Source: an uncultured Actinomycetota bacterium (GTDB taxonomy: Bacteria; Actinomycetota; Actinomycetes; JAHEKZ01). From it: a stretch of DNA of 64,000 bases. Shown here in pieces: positions 44,489 to 54,593 of this stretch. The first letter of the stretch is position 1; each line of letters begins with the position of its first letter. Position numbers and translations under genes: made by a program. The notes beneath the pieces are model-generated. The model worked only from the letters and a program-made list of their open reading frames with translations, was not told the DNA's origin and made no database searches. The stretch is taken from the NCBI GenBank assembly GCA_963743915.1, contig CAVURN010000002.1, positions 1 to 64,000 of the forward strand, read 5' to 3'.

Positions 44489-45673
44489 TCAGGGGATCGC
44501 ATGCGCAACCACGTCACCGACGACGATGACGGCGGGACTGGCGACCTGCCGAGCGGCTGCCAGCTCGGCGATCGTGCCCAGTGTGCCGACCGTCGTGCGC
44601 TGCTGCGGGGTGGTGCCACGCTCGACGACTGCTGCCGGCTCGTGCGGCGGCCGGCCGTTCGCCACCAGCTGGGCGGCGATCTCGGGCAGTCGGCCGACCC
44701 CCATCAGGAAGAGCAGGGTGCCGTCGAGGGCGGCGAGGGCGGCGAAGTCGAGCGGGCCCTCGTGTCCCGAGACCACCGTGAAGCGGCTCGTCACGCCGCG
44801 GGCGGTCACCGGGATGCCGGCGGCCGCCGGCACGGCCAGGGCGCTCGTGACCCCGGGGACCACCTCGAGGTCGACGCCGGCCTCCCGGCACGCCTTCGCC
44901 TCCTCACTGCCGCGGCCCAGCACGTAAGGATCCCCACCCTTGAGGCGCACGACGCGCTTGCCGGCGGCTGCCCGTTCGACGAGGAGGCGGTTGATCTCGT
45001 CCTGGCTCAGCGTGTGCGCGCTCGGCGCCTTGCCCGCGTCCACCACCTCGACGTCGTCGTCGAGCTCGTCCACCAGCGCACGCGGGGCGAGCCGGTCCAC
45101 GACGACCACGTCGGCCTGGGCGAGCAGCCGGCGACCGCGTGTCGTGATGAGAGCCGGGTCGCCGGGACCGCCCCCCACGAGGGCGACGTGTCCGCGTCCC
45201 GCCCTTCGGCGACGCAGCGGCAGGCTGCCGGTGTCCAGAGCCACTGCGACGGCGTCGCGGAGCCGAGCGGCCCGACGTGGGTCACCCGCGGCGTTGACGG
45301 CGACCACGACGTCATCGGTCCTGGCGACAGCGGGCGTCCAGGCACTGGACGCCGCGCGGTCGTCGGCGCGGACGCACCAGAGACGCCGCGACTGGGCGGC
45401 GGCGGCCACCTGGTCGTCCACGTGTGCGTCACCGGTGGCGGTGTGCACGAGCCACACGGCGTCCAGGTCGGCCTCGACGTACTCGCGCAGGTGCAGCGTG
45501 ATGTCGCCGGTCTCGGCCGATTCGTGCACCTCCTCGCACGCGAAGGGCGCCACCACGGTGACGTCAGCTCCGGCGTCCAGAAGGCCGCGCATGCGCCGGG
45601 CCGCGACCGGACCACCACCGACCACGAGCGCACGTCGGCCGGCCATGTCGAGCAGCAGCGGGTACCCGTTCAT
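44489..45673 (-). CDS. cysG: Siroheme synthase (precorrin-2 dehydrogenase plus uroporphyrinogen-III C-methyltransferase)
   Basis: VVGGGPVA, VGGGPGDP, RLKGGDPY and VPGVTS motifs. Confidence 0.9.
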   Translation of the reverse strand: MNGYPLLLDMAGRRALVVGGGPVAARRMRGLLDAGADVTVVAPFACEEVHESAETGDITLHLREYVEADLDAVWLVHTATGDAHVDDQVAAAAQSRRLWCVRADDRAASSAWTPAVARTDDVVVAVNAAGDPRRAARLRDAVAVALDTGSLPLRRRRAGRGHVALVGGGPGDPALITTRGRRLLAQADVVVVDRLAPRALVDELDDDVEVVDAGKAPSAHTLSQDEINRLLVERAAAGKRVVRLKGGDPYVLGRGSEEAKACREAGVDLEVVPGVTSALAVPAAAGIPVTARGVTSRFTVVSGHEGPLDFAALAALDGTLLFLMGVGRLPEIAAQLVANGRPPHEPAAVVERGTTPQQRTTVGTLGTIAELAAARQVASPAVIVVGDVVAHAIP

Positions 45674-46425
45674 GCGTGGATCCCGCACTCGACCTTGTCG
45701 GCCCCCGACCACCGTCCTGCGCGCTCGCTCTCACCGGTCCGCACCGGTCGGGTGCACGGTGCGCAGCCGATCGAGGCGTAGCCGAGCTGGCGGAGCGGGT
45801 TGACGAGGACGCCGTGGCGCGCTGCGTACGCGTCAACCTCTGCCTGTGTCCAGCGGGCGATCGGGTTCACCTTGACCATGCGGCGTGCACCGTCCCAGTG
45901 GACCACCGGGGTGCCGACGCGTGCAGCGGTCTCGTCGCCGCGGATCCCGGTGACCCACGCCCGGTAGGGAGCGAGGGCTCGCGCGAGCGGCTGCACCTTG
46001 CGCAGCTCGCAGCAGCGGTCGGGGTCGGTGTCCCAGAGCCGGGGGCCGTGGTCGAGCTCCTGCTGCGCGACCGACCGGGTCGGCCGGACGTCGAGCACCT
46101 CGATGTCGAGCGTGGCGGCGAGTGCGTCACGGGTGCCGAGCGTCTCGGGGAAGTGCAGCCCGGTGTCGAGGAAGAGGACGGCCAGGCCGGGGCGGGCCCG
46201 GGACGCGAGATGGGCGACCACGCCGTCGGCCATCGACGAGGCGACGACCAGACGGTCGCCGAAGGTCAGTGCTGCCCAGGTCAGGACGTCGATCGCGCGT
46301 GCCTCGGACAGCAGGGAGCCGGCCTCGTCGGCGAGCAGCTCGAGCTCGGCCGCGCCGAGCCTGCGGGCGTCGGCCACGGCGACGCCATAGCGAGCCCGGA
46401 GAGCCTCGACCGGCACGGGGGTCAT
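45670..46425 (-). CDS. cysH: APS reductase ([4Fe-4S]-type CysH)
   Basis: LDTG, RCCELRK, SIGCAPCT and ECGIH motifs. Confidence 0.92.
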   Translation of the reverse strand: MTPVPVEALRARYGVAVADARRLGAAELELLADEAGSLLSEARAIDVLTWAALTFGDRLVVASSMADGVVAHLASRARPGLAVLFLDTGLHFPETLGTRDALAATLDIEVLDVRPTRSVAQQELDHGPRLWDTDPDRCCELRKVQPLARALAPYRAWVTGIRGDETAARVGTPVVHWDGARRMVKVNPIARWTQAEVDAYAARHGVLVNPLRQLGYASIGCAPCTRPVRTGESERAGRWSGADKVECGIHA

Positions 46426-46565
46426 GACACCACCCCGAGGAACGTCACGGCGAAGACGCGCAGGCAGCTGCGGCACTGCCAGGCGTCGGACCGAGCCGCG
46501 TCCGGCAGGAGATCCAGGTCACTGCAGTACGGGCAGTGGTGGGGTGCCATCCGCGCGCCGCTCAT
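46422..46565 (-). CDS. Small zinc-ribbon protein (47 aa)
   Basis: MSGARMAPHHCPYCSDLDLLPDAARSDAWQCRSCLRVFAVTFLGVVS; ATGA overlaps on both sides; missing from the ORF track. Confidence 0.8.
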   Translation of the reverse strand: MSGARMAPHHCPYCSDLDLLPDAARSDAWQCRSCLRVFAVTFLGVVS

Positions 46566-48274
46566 GACAGGTCGCTCTCGTCGGCGCGGCGGGCCCAGCT
46601 CGCGAAGGACTCTCCGGCGTCCCGCTGCTCGGTGTAGCGGCGGGCCACACGCTCGACGAACAGCGGCAGCTCCCTGCTGGTCACCTTCAGCCCGCGGGGC
46701 TTGCGTCCGAACGCTGCGTCGGGTCCGAGCGCGCCACCGAGGTGGACCTGGAAGCCCTCGACCGGATTCCCCTCGGCGTCACGGACGATCGACCCCTTGA
46801 GCCCGACGTCGGCGACCTGGATGCGGGCGCAGGAGTTGGGGCAGCCGTTGACGTGGATGGACAGCGGTGCGTCGAATCCGGGGAGCCGGGTCTCCAGCTC
46901 GTCGACGAGGTGGGCCGCGCTGGCCTTGGTCTCGACGATGGCGAGCTTGCAGAACTCGATCCCGGTGCACGCCATCGTGCCGCGCCGGAACTCGCTCGGA
47001 CCCGGGTCGAGCCCGAGAGCCGCCAGCCCTCGACACAGCGCGGTGACGTGGCCCTCGTCGACGTCGAGCACCAGCAACTTCTGCTGAGCGGTGAGTCGCA
47101 GCCGGTCGCTGCCGGCAGCCTCGACGAGGTCGGCGACCGCCGTCAGCGTCTTGCCGCTCACCCGTCCCACGGTCGGGGCCACGCCCACGTAGTAGCGACC
47201 GTCCCGCTGCAGGTGGACGCCGACGTGGTCGCGCCGCAGCGGGGGCGACTCGGGCGCGGGGCCATCGGTGAGCCGACGGTGCAGGTACTCGGTCTCGAGT
47301 ATCTCGCGGACCCGCGCGACGCCCCAGTCGGCCACCAGGAACTTCAGGCGGGCGCGGTGCCGGAGTCGCCGGTACCCGTAGTCGCGGAACAGCTGCACGA
47401 TGCCGTGCCAGACGGACGGAACCTCGTCCAGGGTGACGAAGGCCCCGAGGCGTTGCGCGTACATCGGGTTGGTGGACAGGCCGCCCCCGACGAACACGTC
47501 GAAGCCCGGGCCGAGCTCGGGATGGCGCACACCGACGAAGGACAGGTCGTTGACCTCGTGGGCGACGTCGTGCTGCGGGGAGCCCGACACCGCCGACTTG
47601 AACTTCCGAGGGAGGTTGGACAACGAGGGGTCGGTGACGAACCGTCGGACGATCTCGTCGATCGCCGGTGTGGCGTCGATGATCTCGTCGGCCGCGACAC
47701 CGGCGACGGGGGAGCCCAGGACCACCCTCGGGGTGTCGCCGCACGCCTCGGCGGTCGTGAGCCCCACCGCCTCCAGCTCACGCCAGATCTGAGGGACGTC
47801 CTCGATCCGCACCCAGTGCAGCTGGATGTTCTGACGGTCGGTGATGTCGGCACTGTCGCGGGCGTAGGTGGTGGAGATGTGGGCGACCGTGCGCAGCTGC
47901 GCGAGGTCGAGGCGTCCTCCGTCACTGCGGATGCGGAGCATGAAGTACTCGTCGGACAGCTCATGTGGCTCGAGCGTGGCGGTTCGCCCGCCCTCGATGC
48001 CGGGTCGGCGCTGGGTGTAGAGCCCCCACCACCGGAAGCGCCCGTTCAGGTCCGCCGGATCGATCGAGGCGAAGCCCGCTCTGCTGTAGATCTCCTCGAT
48101 CCTGGTCCGGACGTTGAGGCCGTCGTCGTCGGCCTTCGTGCGCTCGTTGGCGTTGAGCGGCTCGCGAAAGCCCAGGGCCCACTGGCCCTCGCCTCTCTGT
48201 GGGGCAACGCGGGTGGTGGGCGTGTCAGTGGACGTGACGGTGCTGCGCGCGGCTTGTGCTGCGTCGGTGCTCAT
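46562..48274 (-). CDS. sir: Ferredoxin-dependent sulfite reductase
   Basis: WWGLYTQR, TDRQNIQ, LPRKFK, ACTGIEFCK and NGCPNSC motifs. Confidence 0.93.
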   Translation of the reverse strand: MSTDAAQAARSTVTSTDTPTTRVAPQRGEGQWALGFREPLNANERTKADDDGLNVRTRIEEIYSRAGFASIDPADLNGRFRWWGLYTQRRPGIEGGRTATLEPHELSDEYFMLRIRSDGGRLDLAQLRTVAHISTTYARDSADITDRQNIQLHWVRIEDVPQIWRELEAVGLTTAEACGDTPRVVLGSPVAGVAADEIIDATPAIDEIVRRFVTDPSLSNLPRKFKSAVSGSPQHDVAHEVNDLSFVGVRHPELGPGFDVFVGGGLSTNPMYAQRLGAFVTLDEVPSVWHGIVQLFRDYGYRRLRHRARLKFLVADWGVARVREILETEYLHRRLTDGPAPESPPLRRDHVGVHLQRDGRYYVGVAPTVGRVSGKTLTAVADLVEAAGSDRLRLTAQQKLLVLDVDEGHVTALCRGLAALGLDPGPSEFRRGTMACTGIEFCKLAIVETKASAAHLVDELETRLPGFDAPLSIHVNGCPNSCARIQVADVGLKGSIVRDAEGNPVEGFQVHLGGALGPDAAFGRKPRGLKVTSRELPLFVERVARRYTEQRDAGESFASWARRADESDLS

Positions 48275-48368
48275 GGTGGTCCTCGGAGGCGAGGGGTGCC
48301 GCGACGGGCGTCACACCGGTCAGGGGGTGCGGCGCTCGCGACTCCCCGGACTGGACGTGGGGGTGGGG

Positions 48369-48458
48369 TCAGCGCGAGCACATGCGACAGCGGCTGCCGG
48401 CGACGCGCATCAGATCGACGTGGCGACGGGCCACGAGCGCGAGTGAGGGTGCCGACAT
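48369..48458 (-). CDS. Cys-containing leader peptide (probable cysteine-sensing attenuator)
   Basis: MSAPSLALVARRHVDLMRVAGSRCRMCSR with an RRHVDLxR motif and C-terminal Cys, directly upstream of sir; CATAGT hexamer 7 nt before the ATG. Confidence 0.8.
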   Translation of the reverse strand: MSAPSLALVARRHVDLMRVAGSRCRMCSR

Positions 48459-48630
48459 GCGGACGACTATGGCACGCCCGTCTCACATGTTGCAGCGACG
48501 TCTCATCATTCGGAATGAGCGTGTCGCGCAGCGCCCTCTGGTCACCCCGCAAGGGGGATGTCTTCTCGGGCGAGCACCGCGATCATGGAGGCCGGCGGAC
48601 GACCGGACGCCACAGCTGAAGGGGGAGGGC

Positions 48631-49980
48631 ATGAGCGCAGGGGTGGGGCGCCGCAGCGCCGACTCGGAGGTGCTGGGCCGGCGTGCCCGTGAGGCCTTGC
48701 CGCGTCGTCGGCTCGCCGAGCACGTGGTCGCGCCGGAGCGCCCGAGCCCGGTGGAGCTCCTGCACTCCAGCGATGCGGGACGAGAGGTCGACCTGTTGCC
48801 TCTGAAGTACGAGCGCATGTCGGTCTCCGCGTTCGCGTTCTACCGCGGGTTCGCCGCCATGCATGCCTACGACCTGGGCCAGGGCCCCAGGTCCGGGGTC
48901 CAGGCCCAGCTGTGCGGGGACATGCACCTGTCCAACTTCGGGGTGTACGCCTCGCCGGAGCGCAGGCTGCTGTTCGACGTCAACGACTTCGACGAGACGC
49001 ACCCCGGTCCGTTCGAGTGGGACGTCAAGCGCCTCGTCACCTCGTTCGCGGTGCTCGGGCGCACGCGAGGCTTCTCCGCTGCGACCACCGGGGGCGCGGT
49101 GCTCGCTGCGGCAAACGCCTACCGCACGCGGATGCAGCTGCTGGCCTCGATGAACCACCTGTCGGTCTGGTACGACCGGATCGACGAGGACCTACTGCGC
49201 GAGATGGCGGCTTCGATGGCCGGCAACCGTGGTCGCAAGAACGTCGAAGCCAACCTGGCCAAGGCGCGCGGCAAGACGCACGCGCGGGCCGCCGCCAAAC
49301 TGACCGAGATCGTCGACGGACGTCGTCGCTTCCGGTCCGATCCACCGCTGCTCGTCCCGGTCGAGGGCACGGCCGCCGAGGTTGCAGCGCTCCAAGAGGT
49401 CGTGCAGAAGTATCGAAGCAGCCTCAGTGCCGATCGCGGGCAGCTGCTCCAGCGGTACCGCGTCGTCGACATCGCGCGGAAGGTCGTGGGCGTCGGCAGT
49501 GTCGGTACCCGGTGCTGGGTGCTGCTGCTCGAGGGTCGCGACCCGGAGGACCTGCTGGTGCTGCAGGCCAAGGAGACCGGCCCTTCGGTCCTCGAGCCGT
49601 ACACGCAGCGCAGCCCGTTCCGCCACAACGGACGGCGGGTGGTCGAGGGCCAGCGGCTCATGCAGGCGGCGAGCGACATCTTCCTCGGGTGGGCCAACGG
49701 GCTCGACACGACGCGTCAGTTCTACGTGCGGCAGCTGCACGACATGAAAGGCGGTGTCGACACCGAGCAGATCATGCCGACCGGGCTGATGCCCTACGCC
49801 TCGTTGTGCGGGATGGCGCTGGCGCACGCGCACGCGCGCGGCGGGGACGCGACAGCGATCGCGACCTATCTCGGCAGCAGTGACCGTGCGGACCGGTCCT
49901 TCGCCGAGTACGCGGAGGCGTACGCCGACCAGAACGAGCTCGACTTCGCCGCGTTCATGGCGAGTCGGAACGCCTCGTAA
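48631..49980 (+). CDS. DUF2252 family kinase-like protein
   Basis: FAFYRG, CGDMHLSNFG, FDVNDFDE, KVVGVGSVG and FYVRQL motifs. Confidence 0.9.
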   Translation: MSAGVGRRSADSEVLGRRAREALPRRRLAEHVVAPERPSPVELLHSSDAGREVDLLPLKYERMSVSAFAFYRGFAAMHAYDLGQGPRSGVQAQLCGDMHLSNFGVYASPERRLLFDVNDFDETHPGPFEWDVKRLVTSFAVLGRTRGFSAATTGGAVLAAANAYRTRMQLLASMNHLSVWYDRIDEDLLREMAASMAGNRGRKNVEANLAKARGKTHARAAAKLTEIVDGRRRFRSDPPLLVPVEGTAAEVAALQEVVQKYRSSLSADRGQLLQRYRVVDIARKVVGVGSVGTRCWVLLLEGRDPEDLLVLQAKETGPSVLEPYTQRSPFRHNGRRVVEGQRLMQAASDIFLGWANGLDTTRQFYVRQLHDMKGGVDTEQIMPTGLMPYASLCGMALAHAHARGGDATAIATYLGSSDRADRSFAEYAEAYADQNELDFAAFMASRNAS

Positions 49981-52444
49981 GCCGTGACCCCAGCCGCCAA
50001 CGACACGACCAGCGCCAGCAGGGGCCAGCGCTCCAGCGGCGGGTAGACCAGCCAGTGCGTCAGGTACACCGCGAGCGACGCGGAGGCCAGGCGGGTCAGC
50101 ACCGGCACGCTGACCCGTGGGACGTGCAGCGCCGAGACCCAGGTCAGCAGGACGAGCCCGGCGATCACGACGACCTCGCGCGCGGCGTCCTGCCAGAAGC
50201 CGGTCACTGACACCACGATCACTGCCGTCACGAGCCACCGCTGCGGGTTGCTGCCGGCTCGGGAGGCCCACCACCCGAGGGCGAAGAACCAGAAGTAGTA
50301 CAGGGCAGGCGCCGGCGTCGGACGAGGATCGGCGAGCCCCGGAACGAGGTCGAACCTGACGAGAAGGGCGACGGCGACGACGACGCCGCCGACGAGGAAG
50401 GGCCATCGGCGCTCCGCGCGCTCGAACGCGGGAACCGCGAACAGGGCCGCAGTGACGAGCAGGTACAGCACGACGGCCTCGATGAACCAGAAGTGCCAGG
50501 TCGGGCCCCACTCGTCCGGCCCCAGCACGGTGCCGAGCAGCGCGACGTTCTGCCATCCGTAGGCCCCGGTGACCAGGGCGGCCACCGCGATCCAGATCGC
50601 GCTGGGGACGGCGATCCTCGCCGCGCCGCGCAGGACGCGCGACGTCCGACGTCCGAGCGGGGTCGAGGAGGAACCGGGCCATCGCGAAGCCCGCGAGCCC
50701 GAGCAGCACGTGAGCGCCCCCCAGCAGGTCGAACACACCGATGTGCGTGCCGACGATGGCCACGATGGCGACTGCCCGCAGGAGCACACCGGTCTCGAGC
50801 TGAGCGGTCCACCGCCGCCGCGGGCTGTGCCCGCTCGGCGAGCGTCGACGGAGCCAAGGTGTGCCAGTCATCGGGCAGTGCTCCGAGCAGCGCCTCGAGG
50901 CGCACGGACACCTCGACGTAGGACAGGGAGTCGCCGCCGAGCTGCACGAAGGAGCTGTCGAGACCGGCATCCGGACGTCCCAGCAGCTGGGCATAGAGGG
51001 CCCGGATGTCGTCAGCCGAGGCGAGAGCGGGCCGGCCGGTGTCTGCGGCTTCGCCCGCAGACTGGTCGCAGCCGCTGCAGGCCGTCGCGCGGTCGAGCTT
51101 GCCACTGGCAAGTCGGGGCAGGGCTGCGACGACGCGGGCGCGAATGACGTGCAGCGGAAGTGCTGACGCCCGGGCCGTCAGGTCCGCGAGGTGGTCAGGG
51201 TCCATGCGACCCTCGGCCACCACGCACAGGCCCCGCTCGGTGCCGGAGACACAGCAGGCCACACCTTGCTCGGCGAGCTGCCGCTCGACCTGGTCCAGGT
51301 CGATCCGGAGGCCGAAAACCTTGGTGATGCGCGACCGCCGGCCGACGACCGTGAGGGAGCCGTCGGGGTCCTGACGCGCGAGGTCACCGGTGCAGAGGGC
51401 GTCCACACTGCGCCCTCGCGCGAGGTCGGCAGGGGAGGTGGCGTAGCCCAGCATCACGTTGGGCCCTCGATAGACCATCTCGCCGACCCCCTGCTCGTCG
51501 ACGGACTCGAGGCTGATCTCGCCACCGGGGACCGGTCGACCGATCGACTCCGGACGGGTCAGTGCCTGGTCCGGGTCGAGCGTGGTGATCCGTGCCGTGG
51601 CCTCGGTCTGCCCGTACATGACGTGCAGCGCGAAACCTCGGGTGCGGCCCAGCTGAGCGAATCGGCGGACCTGGTCAGGCGCGAGGCGTCCCCCTGCCGC
51701 GGTCACGTGGCGCAGCGCCGGCAGCCGCATGCGCGAGAACCCGACGCGGTCCAGCATCTCGAAGGTGTACGGAACCCCGGCGAGCGTGGTGACCGCGTGC
51801 GCGGCCATGGCGTCCCAGAACGGGGCATCGACCACGGACCGCTCGGTGAGCAGCACCGATGCTCCGGCGAGAAGGTGGCTGTGCAGGACCGACAACCCGT
51901 AGGAGTAGGACAGCGGCAGCGACGTCACGGCCCGGTCGGTTGCGCTGATGCCCAGAGCATCGGCTATCTGCTCGGCGTTGGCCTGCACGTTGTCTGACGC
52001 CAACCGCACCAGCTTCGGGGAGCCGGTCGATCCCGAAGTGGTCATCAGGACAGCCAGATCTGGGTGGAGGGCGTGGGCACTCCGCGAGCGTCGCTGCACG
52101 ACGGTCCAGGAGCCATTGCGCCGCAGGGCCACGACGTCGGGGTCGTAGTGGTCCAGCAGAGCGCGTGACTGCTCGGAGTCCGTAGGTGCCAGCAGGACGA
52201 CGTGACCTGCCGCCAGGGCCGCCAGGTACGTGACGACGCCGTCGATGCTTCGCTCCAAGGCGATCTGGACCAGTCGGCGCCGGCCGGCCCCCAGGCGCAC
52301 GGCGTCGGCGTCGACCCGGGCGGCGAGCTCGGCGTAGGTGAGGGTCTCCCCGGTGGATGCCTCGATGAGGGCGGTGCTCTCCCCGTGCCGCGCCAGGTCG
52401 GCGACGAACGACAGGCGGGTCGGAGCCACCGTCGGAGCAGACAT
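49866..52444 (-). CDS. AMP-binding (adenylation) + phosphopantetheine carrier + membrane acyltransferase-3 fusion, two frameshifts (near 50823 and 50660)
   Basis: TTSGSTGSPK, MYGQTEA and TGDL; FVQLGGDSL carrier Ser; LRAVAIVAIVGTH and WHFWFIE acyltransferase segments in successive frames. Confidence 0.8.
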
Positions 52445-52467
52445 GCGAGCGAGCCTAGCGGAGAAAG

Positions 52468-52486
52468 TTAGGTATGCCTAACCTCA
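52468..52486. promoter_or_regulatory. DtxR/IdeR/DmdR-type iron box TTAGGTATGCCTAACCTCA
   Basis: 19-bp close match to the TWAGGTWAGSCTWACCTWA consensus, covering the -35 region of the leaderless promoter (TAGGCT, 52452-52457) of the fusion gene. Confidence 0.8.
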
Positions 52487-52576
52487 CTTCGAAGCGGCTT
52501 GCCCCTCGTGGGTGACGCACGTAGCGTCCCGCCAGGGACGACGGGAAACCGAGACGAGCACGTTGAGGGAGCACCC

Positions 52577-52942
52577 ATGGCAGACGATCCGGTCACGACG
52601 AACCCCGATCTGTACCGGGTGGTGTTCGAGAACGAGCGGGTGCGGGTGCTCGAGTACCAGGACGTTCCGGGGAACCGGACCGAGCGCCACTCCCACCCGG
52701 ACAGCGTGATGCTGACGGTGAGCGACTTCGACCGGCGACTGTACGACGGGGACAGGTCCGTGGACGTCTCCAAGCGCGCTCACGAGGTCAACTGGCTGCC
52801 GGCTCAAGCCCATGCCGGTGAGAACATCGGCGACCGCCCGACCCACGCCTTCTTCATCGAGCTCAAGGAGCCACGACCGGCGGTCGCCCCGGCAGGTTCC
52901 CCGGGGGACGCGATTGGCTCACCGCTGGGGCCGGCCTCGTAG
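52577..52942 (+). CDS. Small cupin-like protein
   Basis: VFENERVRVLEY, HSHPDSV and AQAHAGENIG motifs; GGGAG RBS. Confidence 0.8.
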   Translation: MADDPVTTNPDLYRVVFENERVRVLEYQDVPGNRTERHSHPDSVMLTVSDFDRRLYDGDRSVDVSKRAHEVNWLPAQAHAGENIGDRPTHAFFIELKEPRPAVAPAGSPGDAIGSPLGPAS

Positions 52943-52976
52943 GCACCGCCCGGACAGCGGAAGCGAAGCATGCACG

Positions 52977-53534
52977 TCAGCTCAGCTCGTCGATGATCCG
53001 GGCGATCCGTGCCGCCCGGGTCTCGGGCCGCTTGGCGCTCACCACGGACCACAGCACCTGTTTTTTTCGCCCGTTGCCGAGCGCGTCGTAGCCCCGCTGC
53101 GCTGGGGGATGGCGGTCGAAGGCGTCCTGCAGGTCGCTCGGCACCTCGAGGGCCTCGACGGGGTCCAGGATCGTCCACGAACCGTCCGCCTTGGCCGCCG
53201 CGATGACCCGCAGCCCCGCCTCGTGCATGAGCCCCGCCGCCGCGAGCCGTTCGACGCGAGCCTTGTTCGTGGCCGCCCAGGTGCCTCCCTTCTTCCGGGG
53301 AGCGACGTAGAGCATCGTGCGCTGGTCGTCGAGCTTTCGGGTCGTGGAATCGATCCAGCCGAAGCAGAGCAGCTCCTCGACGACGTCCTCATAGGGCAGG
53401 TTCGCCTTGCCGCTCGCCTGGGTGAAGCCCACCAGCCACACCCCTGGCGAGGTGTCATGGTGGGCCGCCAGCCAGGCACGCCACTCCTGACGGCTGAGGG
53501 GATGGATCTGGTCGGCGTCGTCGAGTCGAGACAT
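52977..53534 (-). CDS. YdeI/OmpD-associated family protein
   Basis: WRAWLAAHH, LCFGWIDS, W.ATNKARV and AKRPETRAARI motifs. Confidence 0.88.
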   Translation of the reverse strand: MSRLDDADQIHPLSRQEWRAWLAAHHDTSPGVWLVGFTQASGKANLPYEDVVEELLCFGWIDSTTRKLDDQRTMLYVAPRKKGGTWAATNKARVERLAAAGLMHEAGLRVIAAAKADGSWTILDPVEALEVPSDLQDAFDRHPPAQRGYDALGNGRKKQVLWSVVSAKRPETRAARIARIIDELS

Positions 53535-53560
53535 GACGTCATGGTGCCCGCCCGAGCCGG

Positions 53561-53848
53561 TCAACGTCTCCCTCGTCGTTTCTCGGCCTCGATGGCGTCG
53601 AGATGGCGGTCGACCTCGTCCTCGTCGTATCCCTGCTGGCGACGCGACGACGAGTTGAAGAGCACGGTGCGGACCTCCTCCGCGGTCTTCTGTTCGACGG
53701 TGGACAGGAATGCCTCGACCTCTCCGACGTCGTAGCCGTGCCTGACGAGCGAGAAGCGGGACGGTGGTGCACCGGCCTGCAGGCGCGCCAGCGTCTGCTC
53801 CGGCGTCTCGGTGCCGGCGGAAGGCTTGCGCCGCGACCAGAGAGCCAT
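53561..53848 (-). CDS. Small protein with two DivIVA N-terminal repeats
   Basis: GYDVGEVEAFL and GYDEDEVDRHLD. Confidence 0.8.
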   Translation of the reverse strand: MALWSRRKPSAGTETPEQTLARLQAGAPPSRFSLVRHGYDVGEVEAFLSTVEQKTAEEVRTVLFNSSSRRQQGYDEDEVDRHLDAIEAEKRRGRR

Positions 53849-53918
53849 CGTCGTCACCGGTCCTCACGCGTGTCTCGTGATCCGGCCCATCCTTGCGCGC
53901 CTTTGGTCGGTGTCGGTC

Positions 53919-54233
53919 TCAGCGGGTGATCGTAAGGTGCCACAGACCGAGGATGGCACTCAGGAAGACGAGGATCAGAAAGCCGAGGATCAGGAAGACC
54001 CCGACCCGGATTCCGACGAGGATCTCGTTCGACCGTGCCATCTGCTGCTCGAGGCGTTGCTGACGATCGCGGACCTCCGGTGTGGTGCTGGGCCCCACAC
54101 CAGGGCCGGAGTCGGCGACGACCGACTCGAACGTGGGTAGGCCGCAGCCTCGGCAGATCTCCAGTGCACCCCGCTGCTCGACCCCGAAGCGCATCCGTTG
54201 CACGAGTCCGTGGTGGCACGTCTCTGTGGGCAC
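53919..54233 (-). CDS. Hypothetical protein with CHH/CxxC and C-terminal TM helix (start uncertain)
   Basis: TCHHG...ICRGCG, short coiled coil and hydrophobic C-terminus. Confidence 0.5.
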   Translation of the reverse strand: MPTETCHHGLVQRMRFGVEQRGALEICRGCGLPTFESVVADSGPGVGPSTTPEVRDRQQRLEQQMARSNEILVGIRVGVFLILGFLILVFLSAILGLWHLTITR

Positions 54234-54593
54234 GAAGGCACTCTGGCACAAGTGCGCGTCCCTGGGCGGGAACGATCCTTCAGTGGTCCACGGTGGCTGT
54301 CCGAGGTGGCGCCGAGGCCACGGCGGCATGCTGGTGCCACCTGTCGAGTTCATCGCGACGCTGACTCGAAGCCGGCCCTGTCGAGAATGTCGCGGCAGCT
54401 CGACAACTTGTCGCCGGTCTCTTGACGGTGGGGCGCATCCGATGATGACGCACTAACCACTTTGACCGCTCATACAGGTTAGGGTGTGGGTGCCCCGGGG
54501 GAAGGGTTCACAAGAGCAGCCCCGATCGCCACGGGGGTGCGGGCGGGGCTGCTCCCTCCTTCGGACGAGTTGCGCCACGGCCGAACCGGATAC

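Noticed and set aside
43733-49980. Long convergent 3' overlaps (sirB/zapE 92 bp; acyltransferase/DUF2252 115 bp) as antisense regulation
   Set aside because: Stop codons are scarce in high-GC DNA, and indel errors in this assembly could create such extensions.
35774-52444. Programmed frameshifting or phase variation in wzz and the adenylation fusion
   Set aside because: No slippery heptamers or long simple repeats at the breaks, and the same +1 pattern affects housekeeping genes and a tRNA.
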